From Octopus sinensis (Eukaryota), in assembly GCF_006345805.1 (NCBI RefSeq), contig NC_043010.1:58032001-58096000 (forward strand): a stretch of DNA of 64,000 nt, written 5' to 3'. The position numbers were made by a program, and so were the translations under genes. Positions 38,979 through 53,124 of this stretch are shown here, in pieces (position 1 is the stretch's first letter; each line of letters opens with the position of its first letter). A model generated the notes under the pieces. The model was not told the DNA's origin. It searched no databases and was given only the letters and a program-made list of their open reading frames with translations.

Positions 38979-39103
38979 GAGCTGACTGGATCAATGTGAA
39001 AGGAAGTGTTTTGTTCAAGAACACAACATGACACTCCGTCCAGTAATCTAAACCATGATTTTGCTATCGTGAGTGCAACACCCTAACCACTAGGCCACAC
39101 ACC
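38979..39103 (-). mobile_element. tRNA-derived CORE-like SINE head
   Basis: + strand GTGTTTTGTTCAAGAACACAAC..CCCTAACCACTAGGCCACAC. Confidence 0.6.
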
Positions 39104-39149
39104 TACATATACACATATATTTTCAGTCATCATGCCATGTTCGACCATT

Positions 39150-39340
39150 GAACTCTGCAACTTTTGTTCTCTCTCCAGTTTTTTCAGTCTTTCTCCATTT
39201 TTTCCCCCTTAATCCTTTCTGTCAAAGAGCTTAAGCTCAAAACATAAAAGACGTTTCCATTTTTCCCGAGCGTTAAACTAATACATGTGCTTGTTGTTCC
39301 TACACCTGTCTTCGTATTTTGATTTCTGTAAATTTGAATT
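39150..39340 (+). mobile_element. Penelope-like terminal fragment with degenerate hammerhead
   Basis: CCTTT-CTGTCAA-A-GAGC-TTAA-GCTC-AAAAC-AT-A-AAAGA at 39214-39251, followed by a tail running into (TA)n. Confidence 0.4.
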
Positions 39341-39467
39341 ATATATATATATATATATATATTTACTCAGAAAAAAGAAAAACAAAGAAAAACACAATGC
39401 AACAATGTGGTACATGCAGAGTATTAAAAGACGCTCAAGGAAGAAAAGAAAGCGTGTTTTGCATTTC

Positions 39468-39546
39468 GAGACACTGTCTACCAAATGATGTCCATTGTGT
39501 TACAGCTAAAAGCTCCTCAGTGAGGCTTCAAGTGTATCTTTGAAGC
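39468..39546 (+). repeat. Second copy of the RTE inversion junction
   Basis: 71/79 identical to the reverse complement of 34200-34278 by manual alignment. Confidence 0.85.
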
Positions 39547-39641
39547 ATATTCTTCAGAATCAGGAGACAGAAGAGAGTCCAAGAGAAAAGGAAGACGGAG
39601 GGAAAATATCACCAACAATCCACACACACACACACACACAC

Positions 39642-39682
<41 letters not shown>

Positions 39683-39851
39683 TGTATGTATATGTGTATG
39701 TATATATATTGGCCTGCTCACTTAGCCAGCGGGGTGGTGTCATTTGAAGGCTAAAACAATACGAAGCGTATTGTGACCAGCGATGTGTAGCAACATCTCA
39801 TAGCCTGTTGGTCATGATGATTACGTTGATATATGTATGTATGTATGTATG

Positions 39852-39957
<106 letters not shown>

Positions 39958-40090
39958 CAAACCGTCCAACCCATGCCAGCATGGAAAATGGACGTTAAAT
40001 GATGATGATAGATATATATATATATATATAGATAGATATGTATAATGTGTGCATATATGTGTTGATATATTATGTATGTATATATATATG

Positions 40091-40164
<74 letters not shown>

Positions 40165-40170
40165 TATATG

Positions 40171-40251
<81 letters not shown>

Positions 40252-41169
40252 ATATATATATGTATTCAGGATTAAATAAAAAGAAGACAACAAACGGAAA
40301 ATATGACATACTTATATACATTTAATTCGAAAAAGTGTAGCATATATATATATATGTATATGTATGTATATCTAATTATATATTATACTCACACACACAA
40401 ATGCACAAAAGCGCATGCGCACACACGTAAATTAGACAATGATTATTTTTCAATTATTTTCCCAAACTTCTCTGGAAGTGGTCCTCTCTAAAAGGTTGAA
40501 CTGGGGTTTATTCTTTATATATAAGAAATTGGAAAAGAGCAGCAGCAAATATTTCCATGCCTATCTCACAGACTTCACATACCTGCCACAAAAATGCATC
40601 ACATTCTTAGAGGAAACTCAACTGGATGGGTAGAAGTTACCTCGCATATCTTCAACCGCATTACGATTGGCTACAGAGCCAACAACACGTCAACCAATGA
40701 AATGGTGACTTGACAAAGTCAGGCAACAAAACTCAACAGCATGGAGTTATATGTCACAAACGATATGATCTCGATATAGCTGGAAAAACTAATAGAATGG
40801 CTGTATGATTGTTTTAAAGGACAGAAGTCAAGGTGTTTTAGCCAGAGGTGGTTTCGAAAAAGTCACTATTTCTGAGTGGAATGCTTCAGGGAGTTGTTTT
40901 GTTGTAACTCTGTTAACACATATCCGCAGTTATTAGAACCGCTCCACTCTCTAACTAATCTGATCATATCTAACAACCATTAACTCGGAATGTGTCTAAA
41001 ACGGAGAGAAAGAATTCAATGCTATATTGAAATGAGTTAATAAAACAACCTGAAATTCAATAGCGAAAGTTTCAATTATTCTGCTCTCAGTGCTTTAACA
41101 CATTACAATCTAAATATTAAATGCCAGGAGAGATTGTTAGCCCAGAATTAGAATCTGAGACAAAGGAAT

Positions 41170-41490
41170 TTTATAATTGGTAAGGACACACCATTTCATG
41201 TACATATTACCAAGATGGCGTCAACATGCAGACGACAAGCCAAATGGATTCTGATAAGATTTATTAGAAAGGAAAATAAAATAAAGTTGGTCATGTAACA
41301 TATAATGGTGGTCAGTTGTTTGGATTACTGCGCCTCGGTTGAGCCTCTTCATAGTGCATGACTTTCAGTATGGATTAGAAGCAATCCAGCCGTCCTATTT
41401 AAAGGAAATTGCTTTTATGCAGCGACTGTACTGGGAGAGTTAGGGTTCAGCTTAAGACTAGGTGCTTCATGAAACAAAGAAATAAGAATG
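41170..41490 (+). mobile_element. Decayed CR1-like LINE RT fragment
   Basis: Approximate translation ..VVSCLDYCASV....GLEAIQPSYLKEIA.MQ.L.YWERLG.L.L resembles CR1 LEYC..VW..LE.VQ..Y.ERL. Confidence 0.5.
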
Positions 41491-41613
41491 GGAAATGCTG
41501 GAAGAGCTTTGAAAGATACCCGATACACTATGAGGGAAAAAAAAAACAAACTGCTTATGCTTCATAAAATTTTGGAGTGGATGCCAACATAAAAAGAAAA
41601 TGTAAAGAGATTC

Positions 41614-41836
41614 TTACTTCTTTACTGCCCACAAGGGGCTACATACAGAGGGGACAAACAAGGACAGACAGACGGATAAGGTCGATTATATCGGCCCCAG
41701 TACTTATTTAATCGACCCTGAAAGGATGAAAGGCAAAGTCGACCTTGGCGGAATTTGAACTCAAAACATAGCAGCAGACGAAATACCAATAAGCATTTCG
41801 CTCGGCATGCTAACGTTTCTGCCAGCTCACTGCCTT
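41614..41836 (-). mobile_element. SINE family A (young, CpG-retaining, variant tail)
   Basis: ATCGACCCTGAAAGGATGAAAGGCAAAGTCGACCTTGGCGGAATTTGAACTC..CTGCCAGCTCACTGCCTT. Confidence 0.85.
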
Positions 41837-42425
41837 TTTAAAATGTTAAGGGATTCTGCAGTGTAAATTCTTAGATAATGTAACCTTTGAGTAAATGGCA
41901 CACGAGGTGAATGGGGGACACACACTGGGACCCAGAAAACGTTTGGACTCATGAATAATAAATTTTCTTCATATTTCGATGTAGGTAACAGACCTGGGGT
42001 AGTATTTTACTAGAAACCAATCAAGCAACAAAGATTACAGAAAAATTGATGATACTGCTACAGCATGGCCACAGCCAACTAGCTGGATCCAGTCTGGCAA
42101 TGACAGAAGTAGGTAAGAAGAGTTCCGTTTAAATGTGTACAAGAAAGAATGGAAAGGAATCTCAAAGTGGCATAATTTATGTTACAGTCAACTAGCATCT
42201 TGGACTGAACTGGTTCCAACAGCCGAGACAGCTTAGTTCTGGAGGAACCGTAAACACTCCGCGGACAGTGGTAGGAGAGGAGGGTGAGCAGTCAGAATCT
42301 GGACCCTGTTTACAGTGTAAGGAGTTAAGGGCCGAAACACTTGTATAGGAGACGCATTTCTGAAGACTTACTGCTCAGCTCTGCCTAACACACACATGAC
42401 ACATATACATACATACGTGTGTGTA

Positions 42426-42471
<46 letters not shown>

Positions 42472-42697
42472 CATGTATGTGTATATATACACACACGCAC
42501 ATACACATATATATGAATGGATGTGTATAACTGTTATTTTGTAAATGATGTGTGTGTATGGGTTCATATAATGTGTACATATATATTTATGCACACATAT
42601 AAAATTACACACACATATATTTACTTTTTACTCCATCATTCATATATATGTATAATGGGCTTCCTTCAGTTTCCGTTTGCCAAATCCACTATATGTA

Positions 42698-42731
<34 letters not shown>

Positions 42732-43573
42732 CATATATATGTATGTATGTATATATAGATAGATAGATAGATAATTAAATAGATAGATAATTAGATAGAT
42801 AGATACATGCTCACATATTTTATAGAATACACATACAAGTGTATAGCTATACATTCATGTGTGTGGGTGTGGGTGGGGGTGGGGCAAGTAAGTAACCCAG
42901 TAACCTAATTCCAGCAGTAGGAGGCTGGACAATAAACATGACAGCCAACACAATCTCAAAACTACAAAAGGGAGCTGCCGCAAGGGTTGTAGGACGTTTT
43001 TTATCGATCGCTTGCCTCCTCATCTCCTACCCTCCACACACAGAACCTGTTTACAATAAAGAGTTTATAATGTCCCCCTCCCCCCGTTTCTCGTTCCCCC
43101 TTTCTCCCTCCTTCACACAAATTAGCATGAATCTATGTGAGTGTCTACATCTATCTACCTATCTATCTATCTCTCAGTCTATCTATCTGTCTGTCTGTCT
43201 ATCTGTTTATTTATCTATCATCTACTTATCTGTGTATATGCATGCAACATGTGCACGTACACACACACACTGGATACATATATGCACACACACACACAGT
43301 CATTCGCACGTACATGTCGTTGCTATTGTTTTAGCCCCAGGCAGCTCTGATCAAAGCAGTCCTTCTGTATTGATATTATCTTTGATTCAGACAATATATC
43401 AAACACCATATAATCTTTGTGCCCTTCCTTTTATCAGTTGTTATGCTATGGAAAAAGCAAGATTTGACTGCTATTTCTACCAGATAGGCTGACCACACAA
43501 AAAGCTCCTTTCATGAGTGATCCTATGTAATTGTGTGTACGTATATATATGAATATCTGTGTGCATTATATAC

Positions 43574-43606
<33 letters not shown>

Positions 43607-43838
43607 CAAACACACACAAACACACGGCATATCCAGCTTCTTTCAGATTTATGTCTTTCTACAAACGATGTGTGTGTGTGTACTTGCATGTAGCTGTGTT
43701 CCGCCTGTGCAACCTTTTAATTATCAACATACACGCAGGATAAGATTGTATATAAATTCAGGTGGGAACCTTGCTCATGCTACAGCTTGGTGTATGTATA
43801 TACACACACACACATATAAATATGCACACATATACATG

Positions 43839-43899
<61 letters not shown>

Positions 43900-43919
<20 letters not shown>

Positions 43920-44090
43920 GCATATATATATATATATTTATATATATACATATATATGGTCCAACCCATGCTAGCATGGAAAACGGACGCTAATCGATGA
44001 TGATGATGATGATACACATATATGTATATATATATTAATATATGCATACATATATTTTATATATATATATATATTAATATATACATACAT

Positions 44091-44163
<73 letters not shown>

Positions 44164-44350
44164 GCATATATATATATATATATTTATATATATACATATA
44201 TATGGTCCAACCCATGCTAGCATGGAAAACGGACGCTAAACGATGATGATGATGATGATGATACACATATATGTATATATATATTAATATATGCATACAT
44301 ATATATTTATATATATATATATATTAATATATACATACATTATATATATA
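43900..44350 (+). repeat. 246-bp tandem duplication of an RTE tail stub plus AT microsatellite
   Basis: GGTCCAACCCATGCTAGCATGGAAAACGGACGCTAA at 43958 and 44204 with matching flanks. Confidence 0.85.
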
Positions 44351-44393
44351 TAAATATATTTATACATACATACATATTTATATGTATATACAT

Positions 44394-44778
44394 ACTCTTT
44401 TATTTGTTTCAGTCATTTGACTGTGGCCATGCTTGAGCACCACCTTTAGTTGAGCAAATCGACCCCAGGAATTATTCTTTGTAAGCCTAGTACTTATTCT
44501 ATCGACCTCTTTTGCCAAACCACTAAGTGACAGGGACATAAACACACCAGCATTGGTTGTCAAGTGATGTTGGGGAGACAAGCACAGACACACAAACATA
44601 TACACATACATACATATATACGACAGGCTTCTTTCAGTTTCCGTCTACCAAATCCACTCACAAGACCTTGGTTGGCCCAAGACTATAGTAGAAGACACTT
44701 GCCCAAGGTACCATGCAGTGGGACTGAACCCGGAACCATGGGGTTCGTAAGCAAGCTACTTACCACACAACCACTCCT
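44394..44778 (-). mobile_element. Composite SINE family B
   Basis: Reverse complement colinear with 37341-37733. Confidence 0.9.
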
Positions 44779-45276
44779 ATTTATATACATACATATATAT
44801 ATATACATACATATACACATACATATTTATCAATCAATCAGTCAATCTATCTGTTTGTATGTACTTTTGTCATATCACCGATTCTCCCGTGATCTAATAG
44901 GTACAAAGTTAAGACGTATGTGATTTAGGTTTCGCTTGGTCCCACTGCCTTGCTAATTACAGACCTTTCTCAGAAACTGTCTTGTAGACGTAAAAGTAGG
45001 AATCTTCTTTAAATACCCTGCAAATGTGAGGTGCTAAACGCACCAGGTGATCTATAAACACACACACAGACACTATACACACATATATATATGTGTTTAT
45101 ATATGTATACTCCTACACGAAATCTGCACCCCAGCATGGCCACAAACCAATACCTGAAACCTGTCAAAGAACAAACACATATACAGTTGTTTATATAAAC
45201 AGACACACATAGACATTTCTACTCACACATATATGACAATGCAAACCTTTCCGTTATACGCCTTGTTGGCTGTATG

Positions 45277-46115
<839 letters not shown>

Positions 46116-46404
46116 TCAGTGTCGATATATATATATATATCATCATCATCATCGTTTAACGTCCGTTTTCCATGCTGGCATGGATCTTGTAATATTCTGC
46201 AGATAGACACCCATTTCTCACACACACACACACACACATAGTTAGGCAGACAGACACACATCTATGCAGACAAGCCTTCTTCTACACAACAGCAGTTATC
46301 TTTACATATTAAAATGTCTACTTGCACGAGTCTGGTCCTGGCTGCATAAAACACTCACACAGGCAATCACACACTGACACACGGACATATACACCTGTGC
46401 AAAA

Positions 46405-46570
46405 CACATTTTCTTTCAAACACGGTTATTCACATACACACACACCTATTCACATACACACACCTATTCATATACATATACACACACACACACCTATTCA
46501 TATACACACCTATTCACACACACACCTATTCACATACACATATTCACACACCTATTCACATACACACTTA
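46405..46570. repeat. Compound minisatellite CACCTATTCACA(TA)(CA)n, ~8 units
   Basis: CCTATTCA repeated with variable CA/TA spacers. Confidence 0.7.
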
Positions 46571-47310
46571 CAGGCTGATATGAAAGGGAAACAAAATATT
46601 CTACATTTTGTCAACATGTTCCTCCCATCTCATCCTAGCTATCATTCCCCCACCAACAGGGTGTGTAGTGAGAGAAGGCCCAGTTATCATGCCATCATAC
46701 TCCACTCCCTACTTTCATTCAACTTTACAGGGAGTAGCCAGCACCTTGTTTGCACCTCCTTTACTTTCTATTCCAGATCTGTGCTTCGGGCAGCCACAGC
46801 TGTTTTTCAACATAACTCTATAAGGCAGTAATACTCAGACACTGGATGAAGGCTGCAGAGCAGTTCTGTTGCTTTGCCTCTATATTTCGGACAGGCTCAA
46901 CTGACAGCATCTCCGTCTCTGTATAATTTATATTGAACTAATATAGACTGTAAGGCTGGGTATTGCTATGAGCTGTTCCTAGGCCTCTCCCCACAACTGA
47001 AAGTCCAACAGACTAACCAGATTTCCCCCAACAACGTCGTCGCACTTCTCCACTGCAACGTCTCCATAAAATACTGAGATGGGAATTCCACCAGATGCTT
47101 CAATCCCACAATAATAGGACTGTGGATGACTGATTCCAAATGTGGGGACCTTACTCTTGGTTTCATATGACACAGGATTACAGCTCTGTTAAAGGTCAAG
47201 CTATCACTGACATAAGACGACCCTATGTACGTGTGTGTGTGTATGTATGTAGGCATATATATTAGTATTATAATTATTTTTATTATTATTATTATCATCA
47301 TCATTATCAG

Positions 47311-47535
47311 GAAGGTGAGCTGGCAGAATCATTAGCAGACCAGACACAACGCTTGGTGATATTTCGTCTGTTTTTTATATTCTGAGTTCAAATACCAGCA
47401 AAGTCAACTTTGCCTTTCATCTTTTCGGGGTTGATAAAATAAGTACCAGTTGAGCATTGGGGTTGATGAAATCCACCTACCCACTCCCTTGAAATTGCTG
47501 GCCTGGTGCCAAAATTTGAAATCATTATTATTATT
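47311..47535 (+). mobile_element. SINE family A
   Basis: GAAGGTGAGCTGGCAGAATCATTAGC..CTGAGTTCAAATACC..GTCAACTTTGCCTTTCATC..ATCATTATTATT. Confidence 0.85.
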
Positions 47536-47603
47536 ATATATGATAATAGTCTGATTCGACTCCATGCAACTTAAAGCTTCAGAGGATCGTCAAAGGAAAC
47601 CTA

Positions 47604-48822
47604 CAGAATGGAAACACTGCTTTTTATGTAACTACTGTTTTTCCCCCCCTGTTGGCAAAATGACAAATTCAGAACTGTTCTAGACTGTATATATGCGTTC
47701 CTATGCATTATATATGCGTTCCTCTACTTCATGATATAGCCTTTTGTTTTTCATTTCTTTTTTATATTTGCAGATATTTACATTTAAGTTAAAATGTGTG
47801 ACTGATCTGATTTCCAAAGAGGACAAATTGTTGAGGAGCAGATAGTTGGAGCTTTAGTCACTAAAAACTGCTGAATCGTCTAATGTTTTGAGAAGTACAA
47901 TCTCTAAAATCATATTGATATTCAAAAAGCAACGTTTGTATCAGCTCTGGTAGAATTAATTTTGGACAGAAGGCAAAGCTCACAGACAGGAGAGGGACCA
48001 TAGAATAGCAAAACATACAATCTCTAAAAAAACCAAAAAAAAAAACCATGGCACTACAGCAGTAGCAAATGTGACAGCAAAGTTAAAGCACCATCTTGCT
48101 AACCCTGAGTCAATCAAAACCATTTGCAATAAAGCTGGACACCATGGGACAGCTGTAAATGCTAAACCACTCCTGTCCCCACCCCATCAACATTGATAGG
48201 CAGAAGTAAAATATGGTGTCTCAACCATCAGAAGTGCCAATGGCTTAATTGAACAATGTCATCTTTGAAGAATCATCATTCATCCTTTTTACTCCACTTC
48301 AGGGTGGGTTTATCTTTGAGAAAAAACAAACAAGGAGGCATTCCTGACTGTTTGACCCCTACCATGAATGATGGGGCTGACTCTGTGATGGTTTGGGCAG
48401 ACATATCATGGAATTCTCTTGGCTGTTTCCTTGTTCTACATGGCAGAATAATTATGGCCAAGGATTGTCTGAGTATTTCGGCTGACCATGTCCGTTCTAT
48501 GGTACAAAACCTTATTCCCTGATGGTAGAACAACTTTTTAGGATTGCCCCCCCACCACCAATCTCTAGATCTCAATATAATTTAGGGTACATTTAGGAGC
48601 AGCAAGTAAGGAGCTGATTCCTTTCAGCCAATGTCAATGAGTGAGCTAAAGCAGGATTTAGATTAATGAACGGCTCAAAATTCCTCTAACGACCATTCAG
48701 AGCCTTAGTCAATTCCACAGCGTATTTAAGCCGTGCTTGTTGGCAAAGCTGGGCCAACTCCGACTTCAGTGGTCGAAACTTCTATTTACCAACTTGTTTC
48801 CATTATTTTGTCCAAACTTGTG
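47604..48822 (+). mobile_element. Nearly full-length decayed Tc1-like (DD34E-type) transposon
   Basis: Fragmented translation: DFQRGQIV..GALVTKTA (~47810), KLTDR, TTAVANVTAKL..KPLLS, ESSF, CLTPTMNDGADSVMVWADISWNSLG, SLDLN. Right end TTTCCATTATTTTGTCCAAAC; left end TACAG..AATGGAAACAC partly deleted. Confidence 0.85.
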
Positions 48823-49123
48823 TGTATACATACATACATGTACATACATATTCATTCTGAGTAAGAGTGTGGTGGGGGGAGAGAGAGAGAGGTGAACAGA
48901 CAACAACAACCTGGGCCAGCTCAGCAAACTCTCCATCGGTTTCCAACTTCAAAGAAAACTAGTCAAAGTGTGTCAATATGACAAATGCATGCGCGTATAC
49001 ATGTACAAGAGTGAAAGTGAAACTACCAAAATGCTGATCTGTTTTCTTTTTCTCTCTTTCTCACCTTATCTGTCTGTGTGTGAGTATACATACATACATA
49101 TTCATATATATATATATAATATA

Positions 49124-49194
<71 letters not shown>

Positions 49195-49196
<2 letters not shown>

Positions 49197-49505
49197 CATC
49201 ATCATCATCATCATCATCATCGTTTAACATCCGTTTTCCGCGATAGCACAGGTTGGACGGTTCAACCGGGGTCTGGGAAGCCAGGGGCTGCACCAGGGTC
49301 AGTCTGATCTGGCAGTGTTTCTACAGCCGGATGCCCTTCCTACTGCCAACCACTCCACGAGTGTAGTGGGTGCTTTTTACGTGCCAGGGCAGTCTGGCAA
49401 CGGCCACCATCAGTTGGTGCTTTTAACGTGCTACCGGCACGGAAGTCAGTCAAGGCGGTGCTGGCATTGGCCACGTTCGGATGGTGCTTTTTATCTGCCA
49501 CCGGC
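49195..49505 (-). mobile_element. RTE LINE 3'UTR fragment
   Basis: (ATC)n-GTTTAACATCCGTTTTCC..GGATGCCCTTCCTA..GGTGCTTTTTACGTGCC repeated. Confidence 0.9.
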
Positions 49506-49772
49506 GCATATACATATACATATATATACATATACACATACACACATACACATACACACATACACATGTACACATACACATGTACACATACACATGTACA
49601 CATACACATGTACACATACACATGTACACATACACATGTACACATACACATGTACACATACACATGTACCACATACACATACACATGTACATATACACAT
49701 GTACATATACATGTACATATATATATACATATATATACATATATATATGTTATATATATACATACATATACA

Positions 49773-49812
<40 letters not shown>

Positions 49813-49952
49813 ATATGTATATAACGGGAAGCTTTATGAAAATAGACAAAAGACGAAGGCAGGTTTACGGAAATAAACAAAAGACGAAGGCAGGTGGAAT
49901 ACAAACAAATATATATATACATATATATATACACATATATATACATATAATA

Positions 49953-49993
<41 letters not shown>

Positions 49994-50033
49994 TATATAC
50001 ATATATATATATACATATATACATATATATATG

Positions 50034-50069
<36 letters not shown>

Positions 50070-50104
50070 CATATATATGTGTATATATATATATACGTAT
50101 ATAT

Positions 50105-50360
50105 AGTTGTGATACCTGTGCCAGTGGCACGTAAAAAGCACCAACCGATCGTGGTCACCGCCAGCCTCCCCTGACACCTATGCCGGTGGCACGTAAAAAG
50201 CACCCACTACACTTAAAGAGTGGTTAGCGTTAGGAAGAGCATCCAGCTGTAGAAACACTGCCAGATCAGACTGGAGTCTGGTGCAGCCTCCTGGCTTCCC
50301 AGATCCCGGTCAAACTGTCCAACCCGTGCTAGCACGGAAAACGGGCGTTAAATGATGATG
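50105..50360 (+). mobile_element. RTE LINE 3'UTR fragment
   Basis: GTGGCACGTAAAAAGCACC x2, GCGTTAGGAAGAGCATCCAGC, GGAAAACGGGCGTTAAATGATGATGAT. Confidence 0.9.
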
Positions 50361-51124
50361 ATATATGTATATATATATATGCATATATATATACATATAT
50401 ATATATGTGTATATACATACATATATACATATATATATGTATATATACATACATATATACATATATATATGTATATATACATATATATATGTATATATAC
50501 ATACATATATATATATGTATATATACATACATAATATATATGTGATATATATATATACATATATATATATGTATATATAATATATATGTATATATATACA
50601 TATATACATATATGTATATATATATGCATATATATACATATATACATATGTACATAATATATGTAAAAATATATACATATATATATGTATATACATATAT
50701 ACATATAATATGTATATATATACATATACATATGTATATATACAACATATACATATATGTGTATATATATGCATACATATATATTACATATGTACATATA
50801 TATTATGTATAATATATTACATTATATGTATACATACATACATATATATGTATACTACATACATATATATATGTATACATATACATATATATATGTATAT
50901 ACATACATATATATATGTATATATACATACATATATATATGTATATATACATACATATATATATGTATATATACATACATATAATGTATATATACATACA
51001 TATATAGTATATATACATACATATATATATGTATATACATACATATATATATGTATATATACATACATTATATATGTATATATACATACATATATATATA
51101 TCTATATACATACATATATATATA

Positions 51125-51168
<44 letters not shown>

Positions 51169-51255
51169 CATAATATCATATATATTATAATACATATATA
51201 TACATATATATATACTATATATTACGTACATAATTATATCTATATATACTATATA

Positions 51256-51335
<80 letters not shown>

Positions 51336-51440
51336 TTATATATATGATTGTATACATTTATATAACGTATGTATATGTATTAAGTATATATATGTACATA
51401 GACACACACACAGATATGTATATATATATATTATATTCAC
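50360..51440. repeat. ~1.1-kb compound (TA)n/(TACA)n microsatellite
   Basis: Direct reading; source of many YI-repeat pseudo-ORFs. Similar tracts at ~3215-3420, 16200-16900, 35990-36260, 39830-40260, 54980-55740, 58150-58360. Confidence 0.95.
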
Positions 51441-52544
51441 CTCCAAAAGCCGTTATCTTCAGTTACAAAGTATGACATCCCAACTGCTATATATAGCCCA
51501 CTTTCTATAAATGCAAATGTATGTCCGTGTGTGTTTGTGTGCATGCGTACGTGTGCATCTGTATATGTGACAGTGTTTGTGTGCGTGTGTTTGTGCCTTG
51601 CTTTTGTAGTACAATGTATGATACGATGTTGGAGTGAAATAGCAGATACATAAAATTAACGCATTATCCACTGGGCAGTGGATGTGGTGCTGGTGGTGGT
51701 GGTGGGGTGACGCGATTAATCTGACGGAATAAGAGATGGAGGGGGGATGGAATAAGAGAGAGGGGGGAAGCAAACGAAAGAGCAGTGGTGTTCGATATCG
51801 ATAGATTATCATTTTTGTACTCCACCGAGCAATGGGACACATGTAGAGACAGTAAAACATACACACATCTACCACAGTGATACATATATATCCATACATG
51901 ATCACGATATCTGGGATTATAAAAGGTGATGGTTGAAATGAGAAGCTCTCCATTACAACCTTGCTACCAAGCAGGTGGCCGCCGGTCAGAATTTACTCTG
52001 GATTAAAAAGCGAATGGAAACATACATACATAGACATGTGTGTGTATGTATGTATGTATATGCATGTATATGTATGTATATGTATGCATGCACTTCATTC
52101 CTCCAAGACGCATTACAAGACTTCAATAATTACACTTCATACATTTATATATACATCCCGTATATACAGGAAAATATAAATATAATTATCGAGAGAGAGA
52201 GAAAGAGCAGGCGAGTGAAAGGGAGAGAGAGAGAGAGGGAGAGCAAGGATCTCCACTAACAATGGCGTAAATTCTACACACATACAAACATATTACACGA
52301 TCCTCCAATAGTCAGTGGAAGTAACAGTTGTTCCCACACACAGACACACATATACATACGCACACTCATATTTATACACTCGAACGCACATACGTACATG
52401 CATACACGCATTCATACACTGTGACACATTTTTTAACTGTTACTCCAGCATACATTAGCAATCGATTTTTACACATACACACGCGCACACATACACACAC
52501 ACTCCCACGCAAGCCTAGTCAAAGCCACATATACACACATACAA

Positions 52545-53045
52545 TCCAGCAATAAGTAATGGACACACAGACACACAAAATTCTTTGTCGTGCAATGAAC
52601 GCATACACATTCCTCCATTAAGCAATGGACACACACACACATGGATATATACACATACATATACACTTTCCTCCATCAGGCAATGGGCATGCACACACAC
52701 ACACTTTCCTCCATCCACCATATCCATACCCACGTGATTTTCTATCAATCAATAGACACACAGACAGACATGAATATTATCCCCTATCATGCAACACACA
52801 CACACACACGTGATGCTCCACCATTCAACTCACAGACTATCATGCACATTCACACACATACACACACATCCACATACATTTAACCTCCATCAACCAATGG
52901 ACACACGTTCTCACACACACACACACACACGCAAACACACATTTACTTTATTCCTCCATCAACCAATGGGTGCCTACATACATACACACACACACATATG
53001 TACAGATAAGCTTGCATACATTTTCCCCCATCAGTCAGTTGATAC
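52545..53045. repeat. Array of TTCCTCCATCAACCAATGGACAC-like motifs with (CA)n spacers
   Basis: About 8 copies at ~52547, 52610, 52667, 52705, 52738, 52882, 52951, 53022. Confidence 0.7.
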
Positions 53046-53124
53046 AAAGATACACACACACACACACACACACAAAGTACATACACATACATAACCTATA
53101 TGTTAATAATAATAATAATCATTT

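Noticed and set aside
52545-53045. CRISPR array interpretation of the repeat-spacer pattern
   Set aside because: Eukaryotic context, degenerate repeats, low-complexity spacers of unequal length, and no cas genes.
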